From positions 62,001-126,000 of the IMG/VR virus record IMGVR_UViG_3300042892_005961: DNA of 64,000 nt; one strand, written 5' to 3'. Positions 1 to 7,262 of the stretch are shown in pieces. Below the pieces are notes generated by a model, which was given only the letters and a program-made list of their open reading frames with translations, was not told where the DNA came from and did no database searches. Numbering within the stretch: position 1 is the first letter of the stretch; each line of letters begins with the position of its first letter. Both the position numbers and the translations under genes were made by a program.

Positions 1-251
1 GCATAATAACCGGATTCATATTTAATATAGTGTAATGAATATATTATTTCATCTTCTTCTAATGTTACATATTTTAATAATGTATCAACTAATATCTTAT
101 TAGTTAAATCACAATAAAATATTTCTTTTAAATGAATTACATTTTTAAAATCGTGATATGATTTTATTTTTTTATTTTCATTTCCAAAATTATAATTTTT
201 TAACATTATATCAATGTCATCATAATTAATTTTATTTTTAAATATATTCAT
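1..251 (-). CDS. Partial CDS running off the window start, probably a 2OG-Fe(II) oxygenase
   Basis: Not in the ORF track. Hand translation from ATG at 251 is open to position 1 (MNIFKNKINYDDIDIMLKNY...SLHYIKYESGYYA). It ends in the YxxG strand that precedes the HxD iron motif in P4H-like oxygenases, and it neighbours two other oxygenases. Confidence 0.5.
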   Translation of the reverse strand, partial: MNIFKNKINYDDIDIMLKNYNFGNENKKIKSYHDFKNVIHLKEIFYCDLTNKILVDTLLKYVTLEEDEIIYSLHYIKYESGYY

Positions 252-257
252 TATGTA

Positions 258-815
258 CTAAATAAGTGTTTTTGTTTTATTAATTCTATATTTGTTACCA
301 ATTGGAAATCCTATATTTTTAACTTCTTCTATATTAAGATAATTAACAATTTTTTTAAATCCATTATTATAATATAATTCTTCGTAAGAAATTGTAAAAA
401 AATCTTTATTAACATATTTTTCTTTAAATTCAGATTTTAATATCTTAAAATATTCTGTTTTTTCTTTGGTAATTGAATTTTCTGATGTTTTATAAACATA
501 TGGTAGATGCCAGTTATCCGTATTTACCGCATTTAAAAATGATTCCAATTGTTCTTGTGTATTTTCTCTATATAGTACAATAATTTTATCGGATACATTT
601 AACAATGAATTCCAATTTAAAGTAGGATAATATATTTCTTTAATACAAAGATGTTTAGTTTTATATTTATAATCTTTTGGGTCAATATTATTTTGAAACC
701 ATTTACTATTAGGATTTTCCGGTTCAAATAGTGTGGTAAAGTTTTTATTAAAATAAAACCAATTCGTAAGATTTGTTGAACCACTTCTCGGTTCTGCTAA
801 AATTGTGATAATCAT
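258..815 (-). CDS. Sulfotransferase-like protein
   Basis: N-terminal ILAEPRSGSTNL matches the 5'-phosphosulfate-binding loop (xxRSGST); LYRENTQEQLES and ISYEEL resemble later sulfotransferase motifs. Confidence 0.6.
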   Translation of the reverse strand: MIITILAEPRSGSTNLTNWFYFNKNFTTLFEPENPNSKWFQNNIDPKDYKYKTKHLCIKEIYYPTLNWNSLLNVSDKIIVLYRENTQEQLESFLNAVNTDNWHLPYVYKTSENSITKEKTEYFKILKSEFKEKYVNKDFFTISYEELYYNNGFKKIVNYLNIEEVKNIGFPIGNKYRINKTKTLI

Positions 816-833
816 ATTAATAATATTTTTATA

Positions 834-1421
834 TTAAAGTATTGTTTTTTTTTCCTTTAAAATCGGAAAATCAAATAATACATTTGCGGCAATTACAATT
901 CTATCGATAGTAGAATTAATTGAAGTATCAGGTCTATGATATACATCTGCAGGGAAAATAACAAGTTCATTTTCTTCTGGTAAAAACATCCTTTGTACAT
1001 TATCTTCTTTATCCATAAAAAATAATTTACCATCGTTCCCAGTTAAATTATTTGGCATTTGTACATAATAAGTGAATGTGCAATTGCTTTCTATTGATTT
1101 TTTTACATGTGGAGCAAACATTGTGTGGTTATGATAATGAGATTGTGTATCCTCATCCCTAGAAATAAAAATCCAAGAATATAAACAATAATCAACTTCT
1201 TCAACTTTTTTATCTTTTTTAAATAATTCTATACATCTCTTAACACCATAATTTAAAATAAAATCAATTTCTTTACATGTTAATACTATGTTAGTTTGAA
1301 TACCTGGTGTCAGATGTGATGGTTCATAATTAAATAATGATACGTTTTGATATATTTTTTTTATCAAAATTTCTTTTTCATATGGATATTTTATTTTTTC
1401 TCTATATATTTTATCAATCAT
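834..1421 (-). CDS. Putative 2OG-Fe(II) oxygenase
   Basis: HYHNH (HxH), TFTYYVQMP, DGKLFF, LVIFPADVYH and RIVIAAN give the DSBH oxygenase layout. Confidence 0.7.
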   Translation of the reverse strand: MIDKIYREKIKYPYEKEILIKKIYQNVSLFNYEPSHLTPGIQTNIVLTCKEIDFILNYGVKRCIELFKKDKKVEEVDYCLYSWIFISRDEDTQSHYHNHTMFAPHVKKSIESNCTFTYYVQMPNNLTGNDGKLFFMDKEDNVQRMFLPEENELVIFPADVYHRPDTSINSTIDRIVIAANVLFDFPILKEKKTIL

Positions 1422-2032
1422 AGTAAACTAATTATATTTTTTGTTTTAAGATTTGTTTCATAAATCCACCCACTTATAGAATATCTTTTATAATTTTTAT
1501 CAATAATTTCATCTACACAATGTAAATCTTTTATATTTTCAACATCAAAAATATTTAAACTATTAAATTTGGGTAATAATTTGTATGTAATATTATTTTT
1601 ATCATCTATGAAGTTTAAGCAACCACCTTTTTTTTCATCTGCATCTTTTGTTAAATTGTAAACAAAAGCATATTTTCTACCCAAAGATACATCGTTATGT
1701 GGAGATAAAAAATGGCCATATGTATATTTTGAGACAAATACACTCTGTGCTGTAAAAAACTTATCTTCTAACAATTTACTAATTTCTAATTCCAAATTTA
1801 ATAGAAAAAATAAGTTTTGTATAAATTCTTTGTTTTCAATACTACTATACCAATATGAAAATTCACCTTCTTTAAATTTTGATTTTTCATATTCATAAGA
1901 TTTTTTATGTTTTGAATTTGTAATCCAATCAGTTTGAGAATCGATTATATCATATACATTATTTGCAATACCATCAGATAAAAAATTTTCTATTTGTATT
2001 GGTTTTTTTTTTAATTCTTCAATATACCCCAT
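1418..2032 (-). CDS. Prolyl-4-hydroxylase-like 2OG-Fe(II) oxygenase
   Basis: KYTYGHFLSPHND (HxD), GGCLNF, distal His in LHCVDEI, and RYSISGW. Confidence 0.75.
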   Translation of the reverse strand: MGYIEELKKKPIQIENFLSDGIANNVYDIIDSQTDWITNSKHKKSYEYEKSKFKEGEFSYWYSSIENKEFIQNLFFLLNLELEISKLLEDKFFTAQSVFVSKYTYGHFLSPHNDVSLGRKYAFVYNLTKDADEKKGGCLNFIDDKNNITYKLLPKFNSLNIFDVENIKDLHCVDEIIDKNYKRYSISGWIYETNLKTKNIISLL

Positions 2033-2043
2033 AATACTTAATT

Positions 2044-2733
2044 TTATACTAAATTACCTTTTTTTACAAATCTTGATTCAAAAGTATCCCACAAAAAAGT
2101 TTTTAGTTCATTATTAACTTCTATTTTATTTTTTATTTTTTTAGTATCGTTCATTTTGGTAATTTCTAATTTTACTCCAAATTTATTGTTTATAAAATTA
2201 ATAAATTTATCAATTTCGGTTATATCAAATTCGTATGTACATTTTTCATTTTCTTTCCAATATTTTTGGGAATTAAAAATATATAAAGTACCAGGTAGAT
2301 TTTTATTTATTTTTATAAATAAACTATTATAATAGTTTTGCACTTCAGACTGGTTTTCAGAATATATAGCATTTGCAAAATTATTATTAAAATGTTTGTA
2401 TATAAATGCATTATCAACATCTTCCCAATTACAAATTAATTCATTATTATGTTGTATTGCAGAAGAATAGAAAAAAAATTCAAATGCACTTAATAATCTA
2501 TCTAACCAATTTCTTGTTATGCAAATAGTATCTTTATGACCAAAATAATCTATACAATCTTTTTTTCTACTATGAAAATGAGGGATAATTTTATTTTTAG
2601 ATTCTTCTATTAAATGTGTTCCACTTATAATTTTTTTTATATTTAAAGATGAATTATAAATTGAGTTTTCAATTGAAACCGATGCGCATCTTGGAATTGA
2701 TATCCAAATTAATTCATTGTTAATAAGAAACAT
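2044..2733 (-). CDS. Sulfotransferase family 2-like protein
   Basis: WISIPRCASVSIE resembles HIPKT(A/G)GTS; ITRNWLDRLLSAF resembles the RxPxxRxxSxY 3'-phosphate motif. Confidence 0.6.
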   Translation of the reverse strand: MFLINNELIWISIPRCASVSIENSIYNSSLNIKKIISGTHLIEESKNKIIPHFHSRKKDCIDYFGHKDTICITRNWLDRLLSAFEFFFYSSAIQHNNELICNWEDVDNAFIYKHFNNNFANAIYSENQSEVQNYYNSLFIKINKNLPGTLYIFNSQKYWKENEKCTYEFDITEIDKFINFINNKFGVKLEITKMNDTKKIKNKIEVNNELKTFLWDTFESRFVKKGNLV

Positions 2734-2744
2734 TTAAATTTAAT

Positions 2745-3008
2745 TTAGATTATATTTTTTTGTTTATTTTCTGAAAAATATTTAAAATCAACATCGTCCC
2801 ATTTTCCTTTAGGACATGCATTTTGTTTTTCAGAAAATATTTTTTTTGAAAGTGGGCAACCACAGGCCGAACAAATAGGTTTTTTAATTACATATTTTTT
2901 ATATTCACATGTACCACATATGTTAGCTCTATTTAATGCAAGTGTTTTTTGGCCTTCATTTGGATTAAAAGAAATAATCCACGCATTAATTATCTCCGCA
3001 ATTTTCAT
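2745..3008 (-). CDS. Small Cys-rich, probably metal-binding phage protein
   Basis: R..ICGTCE ... CSACGCPL ... CPKGKW pattern (CxxC, CxxCGC, CPxxKW). Confidence 0.7.
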   Translation of the reverse strand: MKIAEIINAWIISFNPNEGQKTLALNRANICGTCEYKKYVIKKPICSACGCPLSKKIFSEKQNACPKGKWDDVDFKYFSENKQKNII

Positions 3009-3025
3009 AACCTATTTAATAAAAT

Positions 3026-3103
3026 TTAAGAATTTGAAGTTACAATTAATGAACCTATTTGTGTCATTATTGTATTGATTGTAGTAATTTCTTGTGCTGT
3101 CAT
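3026..3103 (-). CDS. Unannotated 25-aa Thr/Ser-rich peptide MTAQEITTINTIMTQIGSLIVTSNS
   Basis: Hand-translated ATG(3103) to TAA(3026). It fills the gap between two co-oriented genes and has an A-rich upstream region like other starts here. Confidence 0.4.
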   Translation of the reverse strand: MTAQEITTINTIMTQIGSLIVTSNS

Positions 3104-3125
3104 ATTTTAAGTATTTTTAATTATA

Positions 3126-4634
3126 TTATAATGGTAAACAAACCAAACTTGGTGAAAAACAAGGGCCTCCACCATTGTAGGTACAATATTCATACATTTT
3201 GTCGCATCCACCAGCACCAATTCCAAATGTGTTACAAGGTTGACATTGGTAATTATGTTCAATTGCTACAAACATACCATCATTTGTTTTGGTTAGGAAT
3301 AAATGTTCATCTTGAACAGTTATTGTCCATCCGTCAAACCCATTAACACTATTCGTTATATTTGTAACGGTTTTTTCTACCACACTTACTGTTTCTAAAT
3401 CATCTGTCTGAACTAAAAGGATTTTATCACCAATTTGTAACATATCTAATGTAGTATCTTCCAAATTTAAAGCAGTCCATTTAACAATATCTCCTCTTTT
3501 TATTAGATATTGTGATATTGATGTATCTTCCCACGTTGTATTATCATCAAATGTAATAGTTGTCATTGGTGACAAAACATTTGATTTTTGTTTACCTAAA
3601 ACTACATTTGTTGAAAATGTTGAGTTTGATAAAAATTCAGTAAAATTAACACTATATCCTCTAAGTTCATCTGATTCTGTTAAATTTGGTTGATTTTCGT
3701 ATAACTTTATTGTTTTTACCACATCTCCAACTTGTAATTCTAATCCTGTCTTATATGACCCATCTGCCATCATAACCAAATCGTCATCCATTAATTTTGG
3801 TTTATTAATAGTTTGTGTACCTGAAATATATGATTTTCTGAAATTAGGATTTACTTCAAACGTTTCAGTATCGTAAGTGACATCTTCAAATAATTGAACA
3901 TTACCATGTTTAGTATATGCTCCAATTGCAATTGATTCTAATGTAGGTGGATATAATAGATTATATGAACGAACTACTGTTGCAGTATTATTTTCAATTT
4001 TTTCAGCGTTAAAATAATACTCCATTAAAAAATATTCATTAGATACATTTTGTAATACTACATCTAATTGTTCTTGAGTTGCAACTTTAAAAAATTTAGG
4101 ATATTCGTTTCTATCATATACTGGATATTTTGCTTTTAAAACAAAATTTGGGTGAACTCCATTGTCGTTAAATGTTGTAATGTTTGACACTAATTGGTTT
4201 GACTCATCCATATAAGCAAATTGACTACCAAATTCGGTAGATTGTATTAACTTTAAAAAGTTTACCTTATCTTTACAATAAGTTTCATCTACAATTGCGG
4301 TTACATCATATGCACTTCTTATGATTAAATGAGTTTCCGAATCCTCTACATATGGGATAGTAATATTATTTGCAACCTCACTAAATACATATTCTATGTT
4401 TAGTGTCACACATAATTCTTGTAATTTTTTCTCAAATTGTATTATTCCACCAATATATGTTACTTTTGTAAAATTATTAGAAGCTATAAAGTTGGTTAAT
4501 TCGTTTAAATCAAATGTGTTATCAATTTCTGTTTGAGTCATTCGATTCATACCTGCATTAGTATTTATTTCAATTGGTTTTAAATTACCTAATGAATTAT
4601 ATACTAAATCGGTCCCTAATAATACTGTTCTCAT
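3126..4634 (-). CDS. Circularly permuted ATP-grasp-like domain fused to a Hint domain and a Cys-rich C-terminal peptide
   Basis: N-terminal GTDL...PIEINTN (ATP-grasp D..ExN motif at the N-terminus), then FVLKAKYP and FLMEYY. Hint blocks: LVMMADGSYKTGLELQVGDVV, LQIGDKI, WTITVQDEHLF, IEHN. Then a 41-aa tail with 6 Cys. Confidence 0.6.
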   Translation of the reverse strand: MRTVLLGTDLVYNSLGNLKPIEINTNAGMNRMTQTEIDNTFDLNELTNFIASNNFTKVTYIGGIIQFEKKLQELCVTLNIEYVFSEVANNITIPYVEDSETHLIIRSAYDVTAIVDETYCKDKVNFLKLIQSTEFGSQFAYMDESNQLVSNITTFNDNGVHPNFVLKAKYPVYDRNEYPKFFKVATQEQLDVVLQNVSNEYFLMEYYFNAEKIENNTATVVRSYNLLYPPTLESIAIGAYTKHGNVQLFEDVTYDTETFEVNPNFRKSYISGTQTINKPKLMDDDLVMMADGSYKTGLELQVGDVVKTIKLYENQPNLTESDELRGYSVNFTEFLSNSTFSTNVVLGKQKSNVLSPMTTITFDDNTTWEDTSISQYLIKRGDIVKWTALNLEDTTLDMLQIGDKILLVQTDDLETVSVVEKTVTNITNSVNGFDGWTITVQDEHLFLTKTNDGMFVAIEHNYQCQPCNTFGIGAGGCDKMYEYCTYNGGGPCFSPSLVCLPL

Positions 4635-4652
4635 GTTTTTTTGTTATTTATA

Positions 4653-4662
4653 ATAAATACTT
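4653..4662 (-). promoter_or_regulatory. AAGTATTTAT motif (candidate late promoter)
   Basis: Exact copy of the 10-mer also found upstream of fibre genes at 45371, 52660 and 60187; 18 nt upstream of the ATG at 4634. Confidence 0.5.
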
Positions 4663-4876
4663 ATTTTTTATCTTTTAGTCCAAATTTTATCCATTTATAC
4701 CAAATTCTTTCATGAAGATAATATTGAATGGGTTTATATATCAGTTCTACCACCCCGAAAGCCGTACCAACCTTGATTGATCCACTTACCCACCATATTA
4801 TTAAAAACCCAATAAGAGTACTTACAATACGATATGAGATGGTTTTAGCAATATGTCGTTTACGTTCTACTATCAT
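4661..4876 (-). CDS. DUF2061-like small membrane protein
   Basis: RHIAKTISYRIVSTL ... YYLHERIW pattern with two hydrophobic segments; adjacent to APS kinase. Confidence 0.7.
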   Translation of the reverse strand: MIVERKRHIAKTISYRIVSTLIGFLIIWWVSGSIKVGTAFGVVELIYKPIQYYLHERIWYKWIKFGLKDKK

Positions 4877-5259
4877 TTGTCATTCATATCAGGATATTCT
4901 ATAATATCTCCGTTTGAGTCAATATACCCGTTTCTGATACTTGTACCACTAATTTTAGCAACTTCTTCAGGTGGTTCGTGGTAAATAACATCATACCCAA
5001 CTCCTCTACCATAATTAATACTCTCAATATCAGGAATAATGGATATGTTAATTCTATGTGAATTTTCCTTAAAAAACGGTTCGTCCGATAAATCCATCAT
5101 TACTTGTTGAGCCGTTTTAGGGTTATTCTCATCTGTCTCTACATTTCTAATAGCCACCCACACATTCTTCCCCTTTTCTAATTGTTGATTAAGTAACCAT
5201 TCGTGGCCCTTGTGCCAATTCTGCCAGCGTCCTACATACATTGCATATTTCTTACTCAT
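4873..5259 (-). CDS. HIGH-superfamily nucleotidyltransferase (cytidyltransferase-like); candidate minimal ATP sulfurylase
   Basis: GRWQNWHKGH (HxGH) and C-terminal ISGTSIR; overlaps the APS kinase stop codon by 4 nt. Confidence 0.7.
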   Translation of the reverse strand: MSKKYAMYVGRWQNWHKGHEWLLNQQLEKGKNVWVAIRNVETDENNPKTAQQVMMDLSDEPFFKENSHRINISIIPDIESINYGRGVGYDVIYHEPPEEVAKISGTSIRNGYIDSNGDIIEYPDMNDK

Positions 5260-5693
5260 AGTGTTAATTTTTTTAATATTTCATAATAAGAATCTACTTC
5301 GGTTTTATCCGTTGTATCCAAATCTATAAAGTTTTCGGTAGGTGGTTCGTAGTTCTCTACGTGAAACTGATTTCTACCTCTATCCTCTGTCGTGCGTACA
5401 TAAACCTCAATAACATCTTCTCTATTCTTAAAGTCCTCTCTTTGGTCTTTATATGGGGAAACTAAGGATACCAAGACCGTAAACCCCTTTTTATTCAAAA
5501 ATTGAGCGATGTCTTGTGCTCTTTCAATATTTTTTTTCCTTCCCACCTCAGAATAGTCCTTATTTTGGAAAATGTCCCTTAAATCGTCCCCATCTATAAT
5601 AATAGTATTCTCCTTACCAAAATGGGTTAGGAGGTTGTTTACTAACGTAGTTTTACCAGATGCGGGTTGTCCTGTGAACCAATATATTGACAT
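5256..5693 (-). CDS. cysC: Adenylylsulfate (APS) kinase
   Basis: WFTGQPASGKTT P-loop, DGDDLR, VSLVSPY, YEPP. Confidence 0.9.
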   Translation of the reverse strand: MSIYWFTGQPASGKTTLVNNLLTHFGKENTIIIDGDDLRDIFQNKDYSEVGRKKNIERAQDIAQFLNKKGFTVLVSLVSPYKDQREDFKNREDVIEVYVRTTEDRGRNQFHVENYEPPTENFIDLDTTDKTEVDSYYEILKKLTL

Positions 5694-5699
5694 AATACT

Positions 5700-5731
5700 A
5701 TAATATAATCAATTAAAGTGATTTTGAGAAA
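5700..5731 (-). promoter_or_regulatory. Candidate Bacteroidota-type sigma70 promoter TTTC-N20-TATATTAT
   Basis: Same spacing and boxes as at 14765, 35643, 63828 and 63845; the -7-like box ends 6 nt upstream of the cysC ATG. Confidence 0.45.
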
Positions 5732-6447
5732 TAATTCTCAATAAATTTTTCATTTAATGGATCATTTTTTATTCTTTCCATTATTTTATTCGCAATAAAT
5801 TTATTTCCTTCTTCATTTGCGTGTCCCTGTTCATCCCTATTGAACCTTTTTTCTTTAAAAAGATCAATTAAACCAGTAAATAATGTTCTAATATGTAAAC
5901 CAAAATCAACAAATCTACTTAAATCAATTTTTTTATATATCTCCAATTCCGTTATACTATAATCAAATTGCATATAATTGAAAAAATAATAAGGAATGTC
6001 ATGATTTATTAAAAATTGTTGTAAAGAATATATATAATGAATTGTATGCATACTGCCCATCGGTTCATACTTTAAATGGTATTCTGTGTTATCATATAAA
6101 GTTACATATACTGGTTTTTCATCCATTAAACAATGTTCTCGTCTATTTGGTCCCGACCATTGTATTATAACAAAATCAGGTTTTTTACCTGTACTCATTA
6201 ATTTACATATGGATTCCATTGATTGGTGAAATATCTTATCATTACCGACACCAGATATCGCATCATTAACTAAAAAGTCTTTATCTAATGCCTTTATTTC
6301 ACTTAAAGTCAAAGGTAAAATATATTGATTATGATAATAGTTAAATGATTTGGTAAATCCACTCATAAGTTGATTAGGCCAAACATAACTCTCTTTGAGT
6401 GTTGGGTGATCGTCACTATGTGAACAACCATTTGTATATATTAACAT
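5713..6447 (-). CDS. SGNH-hydrolase/acyltransferase-like protein
   Basis: TNGCSHS, NDAISGVGN, and C-terminal GHANEEG catalytic-His motif. Confidence 0.55.
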   Translation of the reverse strand: MLIYTNGCSHSDDHPTLKESYVWPNQLMSGFTKSFNYYHNQYILPLTLSEIKALDKDFLVNDAISGVGNDKIFHQSMESICKLMSTGKKPDFVIIQWSGPNRREHCLMDEKPVYVTLYDNTEYHLKYEPMGSMHTIHYIYSLQQFLINHDIPYYFFNYMQFDYSITELEIYKKIDLSRFVDFGLHIRTLFTGLIDLFKEKRFNRDEQGHANEEGNKFIANKIMERIKNDPLNEKFIENYFSKSL

Positions 6448-6450
6448 AGA

Positions 6451-6567
6451 TTAGTGGTTATAAATAAACGGATCTCTTTTACGTAATTCTTCTAATTTCT
6501 TTTTAAATTCCTTCTTTCTTTTCTTGTCAGCAAAGTATTTCTTCACCCAATTGATTAGTTTTTTCAT
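6451..6567 (-). CDS. Small basic peptide, 38 aa (MKKLINWVKKYFADKKRKKEFKKKLEELRKRDPFIYNH)
   Basis: Hand-translated, below the ORF track cutoff. Starts at a TAATG overlap with the upstream stop and fills the gap exactly. The LRKRDPFIY ending resembles a small conserved phage family (from memory). Confidence 0.65.
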   Translation of the reverse strand: MKKLINWVKKYFADKKRKKEFKKKLEELRKRDPFIYNH

Positions 6568-7259
6568 TATATTATATTTTTAAGTTTATCATTTAATAAG
6601 TATTCGTAAAACATTCTGTTCATTTTTTCACTCCAATGATCGTCGCCAAAAATACCACGTTCACCATTTGAATTAATATAATCATCTTGGAGGGTCTCCC
6701 AAAAATTTATATTTTTTTCCAAGATTTTCCTATCCTCAATGTTACTATTTTCATAGTTTAAATTGTCCCACGAAAAAACATACACATAAGATGGTGTGAT
6801 TTTAATTAAACTATCAATTATTTCAAGATAATTTGAATGTGAAGATTCAGTTGAATTAAAAATCTGACACATTTTTATTAATTCTTCATTTAAATAATCA
6901 AAACCATCTATGTTTTCATTACCTTTTGACTCCGCACCAATAAACTTATTTACAAATTTATAACCATTAACATCAAATTTGTACCAATTATCTTTTTTTA
7001 AAGGTAACCTTGTTCTGTGAAATGCCGGTAAACAAATTATTAAAATGTCATCTTGTTTTAAATTGGGGATTGATATTATCCATTTATCAATTATTGTTTG
7101 TACATCTCTACTTGGTTGTCCGTCCACAATAACGTTATAATTTAATACATTTTCTTCTATTAATCTCGTCCACGTATGTAATTTATTTATTGAAATTAAT
7201 TCATATAATTTGTCCGTTTTCATAACAAAACTATCTCCAATAATTAAAAATCTTTTCAT
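6567..7259 (-). CDS. SGNH-like protein
   Basis: IIGDSF at the N-terminus and GDDHWS near the C-terminus. Confidence 0.55.
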   Translation of the reverse strand: MKRFLIIGDSFVMKTDKLYELISINKLHTWTRLIEENVLNYNVIVDGQPSRDVQTIIDKWIISIPNLKQDDILIICLPAFHRTRLPLKKDNWYKFDVNGYKFVNKFIGAESKGNENIDGFDYLNEELIKMCQIFNSTESSHSNYLEIIDSLIKITPSYVYVFSWDNLNYENSNIEDRKILEKNINFWETLQDDYINSNGERGIFGDDHWSEKMNRMFYEYLLNDKLKNII

Positions 7260-7262
7260 ATT

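Noticed and set aside
3059-3346. + strand 95-aa Cys/His-rich ORF opposite the Hint tail
   Set aside because: Antisense to a well-formed gene and the 25-aa ORF; no promoter or family features.
3252-3797. A canonical protein-splicing intein
   Set aside because: No N-terminal Cys/Ser, no block B His, and the +1 residue is Tyr, so splicing is not expected; kept as a cleavage-only Hint.
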